Shown: positions 38,666 through 50,245 of the stretch, piece by piece | Layout of the letters: every line of letters begins with the position of its first letter | How positions within the stretch are numbered: the stretch's first letter is position 1 | Assembly: GCA_951406725.2 (NCBI GenBank) | Contig: OX597822.1 | Span: forward strand, 46,996,001 to 47,060,000 | Reading direction: 5' to 3' | Origin: Octopus vulgaris | Lineage: Eukaryota | Length of the DNA: 64,000 nt | Translations under genes and position numbers: made by a program | Notes under the pieces: model-generated | Databases searched by the model: none | What the model was told of the DNA's origin: nothing | The model's input: the letters and a program-made list of their open reading frames with translations, nothing else

Positions 38666-41600
38666 ATGTTACTTAATAATAAAAGAACGGCATAACGACC
38701 CGTTCCGAGGTGCAACAAAATCCGTTTCAATAGATGGGTTCACATCATGAACCTTGTAAATGAAATACAAAACACCAAAATGTTATAAAGGTCGGTCAAA
38801 ATGACACGCGGTATTTAGTTACGACGTTTTACGATGCCAACTTTCGGTTCATCCTCACGGGATTTAGTAATTTATCCTACCTCTCCTCGCCGTTTATCTG
38901 TAATCCTTGTGTTCCTTTGAGAAATATTATGAGCGAAGACGACACAGAACAACACTGGACGTGTGCTCTACTAAGTTATCTCCCTTTATATTTTCGGTTC
39001 CAATCTAGCTGATGTTGATTTTTCTGTCAACCTTCTTAGGGGACGGCGAAATAACCACCAGTAATTTATCGAAGATTTGCTTCTATCGGTTGTATCCCTC
39101 CATACAACTTTATTTTCTTCCCTCATACCTTCTACTTGTAAAGACATCGGGACCAAAAGCTGAACGCGTGGTCTTACTCTAAGGGAGACAACTATGTATG
39201 GTCATTAGCTGACGCTTGTTGCATTATCTGCTGAATTCAAAAGAAACCGATAATTTTCCCGTCTCACTCTACTGTTGCAATAGCTTGTCATCTCTGTACT
39301 TCTTAAAGGGGCTCTCCGCTATAGACACATGTGATCTTTATAACCAGGTATTCTATGTAAGTCAGGTGGGATTAATTGTCAACATATAATGGGTCCTAAG
39401 TGGGGTAGTGGCGATGACGGTGGTGGAGAGTATGCGTTGCCATGTTTGGTTGGTTTCCTCTGTGGCCTGAGATCAAATTTCGCCGGGATTCGCTAAGTGA
39501 ATATCAAGCACGTATTAAATTTGTACCCCTTGTCCTTCAGAGCAGTAGTTAACAGATGGGGAGAGCGATGGACGATATACTTCTGTGATACTTCAGAATT
39601 CTAACCCCGCCGAAATTGTCTTTTCATCTTCCTGGAATCAATTAAAGTAGGTATCAATCTAATCGATTATACTTCCTCCTCGCCCCTTCTGCACACGTTT
39701 GTGAGCGTGTACAAGACAATATTCTATTCGAGTCGTTAGAGCGTTTGCAGTTTAAAATCTAAATCTCGTGCAGGCGTGGTTAACTTCCCAACCACATGAT
39801 TCTGGGTTCAGTCCAACTGAGTGACACCTTATTGAAGTGTCTTCAACCACAACTGGAGTACCAGCCACAAGGCTGAAAGCAACAGCAATCATAACAATAG
39901 TAACGCTAGCCTCAAGGGCCACAACATCATTAACAACAACAGCAACTGAAAGCCCCTCAAATCATCATTGTTTAACGTCCGTTTTCCATGCTGGCACAGG
40001 TTGGACGGTTTGACTGGGGACTAGTAAGCCAAGAAGCTGCACCAGGCTCTGATCTGGCAATGTTTCTACAGCTGGATTCTGAAAGTGTAGTGAGTGTGTT
40101 TTACGTGCCACTGGCATGGGAGCCAGTCAGGCAGCACTGGCATCAGCCATGTTTGGATGGTGCTAAATAAAAAGACAAAGACACTATCATCCCAAGACAT
40201 GCCTGTCTCCAGTTAGGACTACTCAAGTCATGCAAAAGGGACAGTGTTGTAGTAGTAGTAGTAGTAGTATGAGAACGTGCTGCAACTGCACATCACTGCA
40301 TCCACCATTTGTTGGTGATTCCCTACTCATAGCATATGACACCTCTGCATCACTTAGGCGACAACCATCCAACCCATGAGTCTGTTTAGGTTGTCGTTCC
40401 TGGTGAGGGTTTTATGAAGTCAGAGTGCAAATCCTTCATTAATCTATTTTACAGTGGCATGTAAAAGGTACCATTTGAGCATGGTAGATGCCAGTGCCGC
40501 CTGACTGACCCCCGTGCCAGTGGCATGTAAAAAGCACCCTCTACACTCTGAGTGGTTGGCATTAGGAAGGTCATTCAGCTGTAGAAACCTTCCCAGATCA
40601 AACTGGAGCCTGGTGCAGCCTTCCTACTTGCCAGTCCTCAATCAAACCATCCAACCAATGCCAGCATGGAAAGCAGGCGTTAAACGATTATGATGATTTA
40701 TGATACACTGAGGAAACAATAGGTCTATTCTTTGGCACACCTGTTTCCGCACAGCTCAAGTATCATCCATCTTCACCGGTGTGAAGAGCCAAAATGGCAA
40801 GAAGTCACCAATGCAAAGAAAAGAAAATGAAACAAAAACACAACACACCAACACCAAAAAATCTAGCATATATGAAGAAATAGAAATGTCTTTTGAGCAA
40901 CGATGCACCAACATCATCTCTGACATCACCTACATCGGTACCATCAGCCCCATCACCACCACTACTTTTACAGACACTACCACTACAAGCACAACTTAAT
41001 TCACACAAACAGCAATCATATCACACACCTTGATATGAACTAAAAGAAATATTTTACCTACACAGTGATTAATATGAGCAAAAAAAGAAAAAAATCTAAT
41101 GGACCATATACACCATCATACAAACATCATAAACCTCTTCAGTTTCACTTAAAAAGGAAAGTGAGGGTGAGGAGGGAAGTGCTGCCTTCCAGCAAATTTG
41201 TTGGGGGAATGTGACAAGGATGGCCCAAGTGAACAGGCTTGGTTTAAGCATGAACCTATACACTGAAGGACAAGGATGAGGAGAGGGCACTCACTCTAGT
41301 CATCAAGGTGATTGTACTTTTGTGGGGTCTCTCCAAGCAGCCCTTTGGGAATTATTTCTTGTTTGGATTTTTTGTCTCCCTCTTTCTGTTACTTTGCTAG
41401 AACTGTAACGTTATACATTTATGTAACCCCACATTGTATTATATTGTCTTGTACCAGCCCTGATATTATGAACTTTTATAAAAAAAACATTATTTGCCAA
41501 CATTAGGACAAATGTTACTGTTAATGCTTTAGAGCTGAGAGGGGACACTAAACTGCCTCATTCGAAAATATAAGGACAAAAATAGTGTGTCGTATAGCCA

Positions 41601-41745
41601 GTTGGAGACGATGTTTCCTGGGGCTAAATAACAGTAACATTAGTCCTACCCACGATTGTCACATTATGTTGGCAAATAATATTTACTCTAAAGTACTGTT
41701 ACTGAATGTTTCTCATTCAGAGATTTGGAAATAATTGGTGATCGT

Positions 41746-41790
41746 CACACACTGATGATGGGTTACTACCCAGAAACCCAAGTCTGTATG
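41746..41790 (+). ncRNA. Type I minimal hammerhead ribozyme, copy 1
   Basis: Stem I cacaca/tgtatg; core CUGAUGA; stem II UGGGU-uacu-ACCCA; GAAA; short stem III; GUC cleavage triplet ending at 41784. Confidence 0.75.
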
Positions 41791-42103
41791 TATCACGTAA
41801 GGCTAGATAGGTGAACGATAATTTCCCTTCGCAAATATTAATCAGACACAGACAGTGTGTCATTAGCCAGCTGGAGGAGATGTCTTCCTGGGGCTATAAA
41901 CAACAGTAGCATTGTCCCCTATGGGTCAGCCACATTTAGATGGCAAATATACTTCACAATTCTGTGCTGCTACCGTTTACGTCTTGCTCACAGATTTATT
42001 ATTGCTTGTTTCCCCTTTTTCGAGATCAGCGACAGTTTGGCACTGGGAAAAACACATAGTATTTTGCATTTGGAATGAGTTTTCATCATTAGCTGATGAT
42101 TGT

Positions 42104-42148
42104 CACATGCTGATGATGGGTTACTACCCAGAAACCCAGGTCTGTATG
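42104..42148 (+). ncRNA. Type I minimal hammerhead ribozyme, copy 2
   Basis: Core CUGAUGA 42110-42116; stem II UGGGU/ACCCA; GAAA 42131-42134; stem III A-CC-ca-GG-U; GUC ending at 42142. Stem I is weakened (cacatg/tgtatg). Confidence 0.72.
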
Positions 42149-42973
42149 TATCACATAAGGCTAGAAAATGGAACAATAATTTCCCTTTGCAAATACTAAT
42201 CAGACGCAGACAGTGTGTCATTAGCCAGTTGGAGAAGATATCTTCCTGGGGATATAAACAACAGTAGCATTATCCCCTATGGATCAGCCACATTTAGGTG
42301 ACAAATATACTTCACAATTCCTTGCTGCTACTGTTTATGCCTTGCTCACAGATTTATTATTGCTTGAATTTTTCTAATTATTATTATTATTAAGCTGGTA
42401 GAATTGTTAGAATACTGGACAGAATCCTTTTTGGCATTTGTTCTTGCTTTACATCCTGATTAATGCCACTGAGATTGATTTAGCCTTTTAAGGTCAATAA
42501 AATACATAGTAAATGAGCCCTAGGGTCAGCATAATTAACTAGTTCCCACCCTAACAAATTTCAGGTGTTATACCTACTGTAGTAAGAATTATACTTTGTT
42601 TTTCATCCTCTTGGAGGCAGAGTCAATGAAATAAGAAGCATTTGAGAACTTGGTTCCTCAAAATGTCACACTTGTGCCTACAGTAGAAAGGATTATTATT
42701 ATTATTATTGTGATTTAATCTGGCAGAATTGTTAGCACGCCAGGCAAAATGCTTTATGGTATTTCACCTGTCACTATGTTCTGAGTTTAAATTCTGCTGA
42801 GGTCAACTTTACCTTTCATCCTTTCATGGTCAATAAATTAAGTACCAGCTGAGTACTAGGGGTCAATGTAATTGACACCTCCTCTCCCCCAAAATAGCTG
42901 CCTTTATGGCAAAATTTGGAACTGTTATCATTATTATTATTATTATTATTATTATTTCTCTCTCTTTCAGGTT

Positions 42974-43296
42974 ATGTCCAATCCAGCTAATACGCCATTT
43001 GCTTCACAAACTCCACCACCTCCACCATATTCAACACAACCAAGGCCTGGACAGAAAACCCTAGAGACATTCCCTTATCCTCCCCCAGCTGGAGCCCACC
43101 CCACAGCACCACCCTACTCAAGTTACCAGGCACCAGGACAGTACCCACCAATGGCACAGCAAATGCCACCAGGCTATTATGCTGGAGGTCCCTATCCACC
43201 GGGACAGCCAGCACCTTATCCTCCAATGCAACCAGGCTACGGACCCCCACAACAACCAGTTTACTATGGACAACCTCAGCCATACGGTCAGCCTAC
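42974..43296 (+). CDS. CYSTM1: CYSTM1-like protein, first coding exon (Pro/Gln/Tyr/Gly-rich N-terminal region)
   Basis: Polypyrimidine acceptor ctctctttcAG (AG 42969-42970), ATG at 42974, open frame MSNPANTPFASQTPPPPPYSTQ...GQPQPYGQP, and donor AC|GTAAGT at 43297 (phase 2). The ORF-track stop at 43298-43300 lies inside the donor site. Confidence 0.9.
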
Positions 43297-46200
43297 GTAA
43301 GTAATTTTATGATTGTTGTTGTTGTACTTTTTAACCCCAGGTCAGCCTTGGTTGAGCAAAATAATGATCAAAGGCATTCCAGCTGTTATCATTCTGTAAT
43401 TTTATCAGGCATTGCTTGTACATTGTTGGACGTGCGTTAGTGAGGGAAATCTCTCTGCTATATCTAGTAAGTTAAGCTACTACTTAAAAACATCCATTTC
43501 AGTTTGTCTCTTGTAGTGGTCAATTGTGGTCTTGCAAGGTAACCAATACCTTCCAATCAATGAAGTGTAATTAATTACCAAAGGGACTATTAATTTTCCA
43601 TCCCTTAAACTTAAGCATTTTCAGGGCTCTAACCCTTAACATGCTCAGCTGGCAGATTCATTAGCAAACTAGACAAAATGCTTAGTGGAATTTCTGCCAA
43701 GGTAGACTGTGCCTTTCGTCCTGTCGTGATTGATAAAATTAGTACCAGTTATGCACTGGGAGTCAATGTAATCAACTAGCCCCCTTCTCCAAAATTTCGG
43801 GCCTTGTGCCTATAGAATTATTTGATGTGAATGGGAGATAAATTTCCCCCTGGACTTTTCTCCCTTCCACCCAACAATCCTGGAATCCCTTTGAAGGGGT
43901 CATGGACACACTCTTTCCTTCTCGTTCATCATTTCTTTAACATCCATTTTCCATGCTTGCATGGCTCAGAAAGAGTTTTTATTGAGGTAGATTTTTTTTA
44001 TAGTTCAATGCCTTTCCTATCACTAGTCCTTACTTGTTTTCAAGCAAGGTAATATCTCCCCATGTTTTCACAAAATATTGAGAAAAAAAATTATTAAAAA
44101 AATTTTTTTTTTTACAAGTCATGCAATGACAAGATAAGGAGATATAAACATACACACATTTGCATTCACACACACACACACACAATATTCAATGGACTTC
44201 TTTCAGAATGCTGAATCCACTTAAAAAGCTTTGGTTGGCCCAGAGTTATAGCAAAAGATACTTGCCCAGCTGTTGTTATACAGTGGGACTGAACCTAAGA
44301 ACCATCTGGTTAGGAAGCAACCTTCTTAACTACATGGCCACACTTACTCCTGATTAAAGAAATGAAGATGAAATACAATACAAAGTAGCCTGTCAATCCA
44401 TTTCAAACCTTTTATCATTGTGTTCTACCCATGCCCGCATGAAAAACGGATGCTAAATGATGATGATGATGATGATTTAAACATCATAACCATTTAGTTT
44501 ATTTAACCATTGTTAACATATGAGTGTCTATTGAGTGCAGGCATGGCTGTGTGGCAAGAAGTTTACTTCCCAACCACATGGTTTTGGGTTCAGTCCCACT
44601 GTGTGACACCCTGGGCCAACCACAGCCTTTAGCTCTGGGCCAACCACAGCCTTGTAAGTGGATTTGGTAGACAGAAACTGAAAGAAACTTGTCCTGTGTG
44701 TGTAGGCACAGGAGTGGCTGTGTGGTGAGATGGCGACAAGCTGGCAGAAACGTTAGCACGCCAGGCAAAATGCTTAGCGGTATTTCATCTGCTGTTACAT
44801 TCTGAGTTCAAATTCTGCCACGGTTGACTTTGCCTTTCTTCTTTTCGAGGTCGATAAATTAAGTAGCAGTTACGCATTGGGGTCAATGTAATCGACTTAA
44901 TCCCTTTGTCTCTCCTTGTTTGCCCTGTCTATGTTTAGCCCCTTGTGGGCAATAAAGAAATAAGAAGCTTGCTTCCCAACCACATGGTTCCAGGTTCAGT
45001 CCCACTGCATGGCACCTTGGGTAAGTGTCTTCTGCTATATCTTTGGGCAGACCAAAGCCTTGTGAGTAGATTTGGCAGGCAGAAACTGAGAGAAGAAGCC
45101 TATTATATATATATTTGTGTGTGTGTGTCCCTGCCATTGCCTGACAACCGATGTCAGCGTGTTTACATCCCCAAAACTTAGAGGTTTGGCAAAAGAGACT
45201 GATACAAATACTAGACTTACAAAGAATAAATCCTGGAGACGATTTCTTTGACTAAAGGTGGTGCTCCAGCATGGCTGCAGTCACATGACTGAAACAAGTA
45301 AAAGAATGTAAAAGAAAGCATTTTGCCCAGCATGCTAATGATTCTGGCAGCTTGTAACGAGGACAAGTGAGAGTAATTTCACTCTTGTCTGCAGAAGTTG
45401 AAGGTGGGCATCTGTCTCACAGAAGACTGTGATCTGTAAAGGAGAAATCACATTGTCAGTGGTGATATTACAAACTACTGGGTGACTCCCTTCAGTCATG
45501 AATGACCAATGGATTGCACCTAGAAAGTTACCCTCCAAGGCACAAGTCCAGGCAAGGTTCTTTTATGGAAGACCCCCAGCAGTCGCCCATGCATACCGGC
45601 CTCTCCTCTCCACACCACTGATGTTATCGAAGAGAAGGCAAAGGCTGATACTGCTTGGCACCAGTGACATAGCAACTCACTTCTACAGCTGAGTGAACTG
45701 GAGCAATGTGAAATAAAGTGTCTTGCTCAAGAACACAAAACACAGCCACAACCTCACGATCATAAGCTCAACACTCTTACCACTGAGCCATGCACTTCCA
45801 CACACAACAACCAAATCACCCTACCCCTTCAATGGTGACCTAGTAACCCACCTACTGTGTGCTACCTAACCTCAATATCTTCAGTGGGGATATTATGTAT
45901 TCCTCCGCCTAATCACTAAATATCTTCAATAAGAAAAAAAAGTGACTTAACATTATTACAACAACAACAACCTCCACTAAACCACTCCACAATTTCTTGT
46001 GAAAGATAAAAGGAATACTTGACTTGCAAGCAATTTATCTACACATTGTTATCTAATTTGTTGTCATAGTGAAGTGATAGGCAGTAGAGCACAAGACTGC
46101 ATAGCAAAGTGAATTTAGTAAATAGAACAGTGACTTTGTCCTAAATATGTCCAGTGTGAGATATAGCTATCAGCTGTATCTCCACCTATAAATGTTTACT

Positions 46201-46408
46201 ATTGTATCTAATTTTGGCTCAAGGCCAGCAATTTTTAGAGGAGGGGGGTTAGTTAATTACATGGACTCCAGTACTTGACTGGTACTTTATTTTGTTAATC
46301 CTGAAAGGCAATGTCCACCTTAGTAGAATTTGAACTCAGAATGTTAAAATGGAGGAAATACTGCTAAGCAGTTTGGCCAACACTCTAACAATTCTGCTGA
46401 CTGCTGTC

Positions 46409-46440
<32 letters not shown>

Positions 46441-46444
<4 letters not shown>

Positions 46445-47000
46445 TGCCCTGATGCAATACCAGACAGTGGCTCTCATGGCTTCTTGATCTTAACTGATTG
46501 GAAATGTCATCATGTACATTGTTTTGTCTTGGTATAAAAGAAGGGCTGCAGCAAATATTCTGCTCAACACCACAGATTTGCTTGTCCGTTGTTTGACCTT
46601 AACCAGTTGAGCATGTCCTTTAGTGGCTGGCAATATGTGCATTTCTAACCATGAGCAGAAGTAGTGGGTGGCGAGGCAACATAGCCATGTGTTGAAAGAA
46701 ATTCTTTGGGCTGTGAATAATTCACCTTTGGAAACATGATTGTTTTATTCAACATCCTTAAACAACCCTTATTCAGGGACCTTTTGTGCAGGATGGGCTA
46801 GTCAACCCCAAGAAAATTCTAACTGGGCCCCACCTGCAAAGTCATACGCTGTTTATCTTGATATGAAATCACCATGCTGCACACATAAGATTGTGATGCA
46901 TGTGCCTAGTGTACCCTTATCAGATGGGTAGTCATGATGGGTATGCTATTGGGTTTCATATATTTGTACTCCAGCACCATTTTGCACTGCTCTCTCACTC
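46441..47000. mobile_element. Interspersed repeat inserted in (TAA)n, possibly an R4/Dong-like LINE remnant
   Basis: Bounded by (AAT)n at 46411-46440 and (TAG/TAA)n at 47001-47023. The clade assignment is inferred from target preference only. Confidence 0.35.
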
Positions 47001-47997
47001 AATAGTAGTAGTAGTAGTAGTAGTATATAGGCATGGCTGTGTGGTTTAGAATTTTGCTTGAAAGCCACATGGTCTTGGGTTCACTCCCACTGCATGGACA
47101 CCGTTGACTTGTATCTTCTACTACAGCCATGGCTTGACCAGTGCCTTGTGAGTGAAATTTGTTAAATGGAAACTTGAGGAAGCTCATCTTATATATTTGT
47201 ATGTTTGGGGAATGAGTGAGTGAGTGCGTTTATTCCCCTTTCTTTGACATTTGTACACTATTTGCTAACAAGTTACTGTTCACACAAAACGGTACCTTTT
47301 GTTTACAATCCTTCATGAAAGCATGTTCAGGTTTTGTTTATTCCTTGATAAGTTAAGGGAAATATTATATTGCACAGAGACAGATGAGTGTTGGTAGCCG
47401 GAAAGGAATCTAGCCATAGGAAAATCTGCCTCAGCCAAGTTTCATCAGACCATTACAAGTATTGGGGAAATGGATGTTGAAATGAGGATGATATATAATA
47501 TGTGTATAAGCATACACTTGTTCCTGAAGTAGTGAGTGTGGTTGTGTGAATGTATAATAATAATTTTTTTTAGAATGGTGAATCTGAAAGCAGTTAAAGC
47601 TTTAAGAAATATTTTGGGACTAAAGCATAGCTGTGTGGTAAAAAGCTTGCTTCCCAACCACATGGTTTTGGGTTGAGTCCCACTGCATAGCACCTTGGGC
47701 AAGTGTTTCTACTATAGCCCCGGGCCAACCAGAGCCTTGTGAGTGGATTTAGTAGACAGAAACTGAAAGACACCTGTTGTGTATATGTGTATATATTCAC
47801 TCACAAAGCTTTGGTCAGCCTGGGGCTATAACAACAGACACTTACCCAAGGTGCCATGCAGTAGGACTGAACTTGAAACCTTTGCTTTGAAAGCAAACAT
47901 TTTACCACACAGCCACACTTATATATACACGTACCTAGAAACATGCACAAACATTCTTTGTGTTTTTTTTTTCATCTATTTTTGTCTCTTTTTGCAG

Positions 47998-48100
47998 ATA
48001 TATTGTCGAGGAAAGGCGCCGAAATGACACGGAATCCTGTTGTTTGCTTGCCCTGTGTGCCGCTTGTCTTGCCTGTTGTTGCCTGGATGCCTTAGACTGA
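47998..48100 (+). CDS. CYSTM1: CYSTM1-like protein, last coding exon (CYSTM cysteine-rich transmembrane module)
   Basis: Acceptor tttgtctctttttgcAG (47996-47997). The phase-2 join gives T-YIVEERRRNDTESCCLLALCAACLACCCLDALD*, matching the CYSTM pattern (V/IVE, basic patch, hydrophobic helix with CCC followed by an acidic residue). Total CDS 426 nt, 141 aa. Confidence 0.9.
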
Positions 48101-48957
48101 TCGTACTTATTGTACCGTTATAATTGTAATAATAATAATGTCGACATGGTGATGATACTAATAACAATGTTGGACTCTTCTTCAGCCTTATGTAAAAATA
48201 AAACAAAAAAAAAATCTGACCCCACAAAAACATTGACCACCAACTCTAAATCCCTTAACACAAAAATGTTTAAAAGAAATTTTTAATTCTATAATAAAAT
48301 ATAAATAGAAACCTTAAGTGCCTGCGGACAATGATGCCCGGTTGACAGGTTTTGCTTCTTTTGTTTTCAATGACCAATGTCTGATGTTGACCGATTTCCA
48401 GTGATTCCAATGGAGTGAGAAAGATTTTTTTTTGTTTTTTGTTTTTTTTAGATTGTGTTGCTACTGTTGTTGTTGGTGCCAGTGGTGGTGGTGGTGGTCA
48501 GTAGTGGACTCTGTGGTTGTTTGGTTGTTTCAATGTCAGTGTTGTGTCATCGGTACCAGATTAACATTACACAAGCACATATGCAAATACACACATATGC
48601 AGGAATCTTCATTGGCACTGCTCCAATCTGTCACAAAGTACAAATAAATACATACATACATACATACATACATGTGTGTATGTATATATATATATGTGTG
48701 TGTGTGTATATATATATAAACACACCCATACATATATATGTATATTGATATAATGTTTATATATACTTATGTAATGCTATGTGTGTGTGTATATATGTGC
48801 ATACACATTCTATAAGCTGATGCAAACACATAAATACACCTACATAGACTAAAACAATCCAAAATTTTCTGAAGTCTTTCAATCTCTTAAAATATTCCCC
48901 TCCTCTATCTCTCTTTCACACAATACATTATGACAATCTGTTGGTCTGTGCACTCTT

Positions 48958-49010
<53 letters not shown>

Positions 49011-49198
49011 CTCCCTCTCACACATATAATATATAAAATCCTGATTCATGTTTGTAACTATGAAAAGCATCTGTTGCATATTATCACTGCACTCTTCTCT
49101 ACTGCACTGTACTCTTCTGCACTCTGGTGCATTAAAATGATGATTCAATCAACCATTGCACAGCATGCTTCATATTGAACTATTTGATGTTCAGCTGT

Positions 49199-49239
<41 letters not shown>

Positions 49240-50245
49240 GCACATACATACACATGCACACACACATAATGCACACACACACATTTTGTGTGTGTGTATA
49301 TATATACATTCATTCATACACACGCACATGCATTTTGTGTGTGTGTGTATCTGTCTACTGTGGAACTTGTCACTTAGTCTTGTCTCTATACAGCAATGTT
49401 TAAGATATATATATATGTATATTATATATAGAGATTTGTAGGTGTATGTATATGAGTATACATATGTATATATGTAGGTTTATGTATATGAGTGTATATA
49501 TATGTGTGTAGGTTTATGTATATGAATGTATATATATATATATATATGTAGGTTTATGTATGAGTGTATATATATATATGTAGGTTTATGTATGAGTGTA
49601 TATATATATATGTAGGTTTATGTATGAGTATATGTGTATATATCTATGTAGGTTTATGTATGAGTATATGTGTATATATCGATGTAGGTTTATGTATGAA
49701 TATATGTGTATATATCGATGTAGGTTTATGTATGAATATATGTGTATATATCGATGTAGGTTTATGTATGAATATATGTGTATATATCGATGTAGGTTTA
49801 TGTATGAGTATATGTGTATATATCTATGTAGGTGTATGTATATGAGTATATGTATATATATATGTAGGTGTATGTATATGTGTATATGTAGGTGTATGTA
49901 TATGTATGTGTGTGTATATATATATGTGTGTGTATAATATATATGTATGTGTATATATATAAAATATAACATGGCTTATACAAATATGAAGTGTATAAAG
50001 TAGGTATACATTCGCACATATGAAATGTCAACATATATACATGTACACACGCATGAATGTGTGTATGTATACATATGCTTGTGTTAGTGTAAACACGCAA
50101 GTATTTTTTTCTGAACAACAAATATAACAGAAACAATCATATTTTTAATTAATTATAAAAGAAAAAAATATATTAAATTACAATTTTTTTTTTTTTGTTT
50201 CTTTCTTATAAAAGATATGAATAAATATTTATATAATGAAATTTC
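48101..50245 (+). other. Probable 3' UTR of the CYSTM1-like gene
   Basis: About 2.1 kb free of the SINE families that cover the flanks. AATAAA at about 48293 and at 50220-50225, the latter followed by a GT/T-rich tract. Confidence 0.5.
49440..49900. repeat. 36-nt minisatellite (gtaggtttatgtatgagtatatgtgtatatatcgat)n with degenerate flanks
   Basis: About six regular units at 49612-49830; source of the periodic YIHIYSYINLHR artefact ORFs. Confidence 0.9.

Larger units (their letters stand above)
41564..42367 (+). mobile_element. Tandem ~358-nt repeat with two hammerhead ribozymes (retrozyme-like or PLE pseudo-LTR array)
   Basis: 41785-42010 aligns with 42143-42367 at roughly 85-90% identity by eye, and a more diverged partial unit lies at 41564-41784. 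CTGATGA-TGGGT-tact-ACCCA-GAAA-ccca(a/g)g-TC occurs at 41752 and 42110. Confidence 0.8.

Noticed and set aside
42872-42970. N-terminal extension of the 142-aa ORF
   Set aside because: Intronic SINE tail and (TAT)n upstream of the real acceptor.
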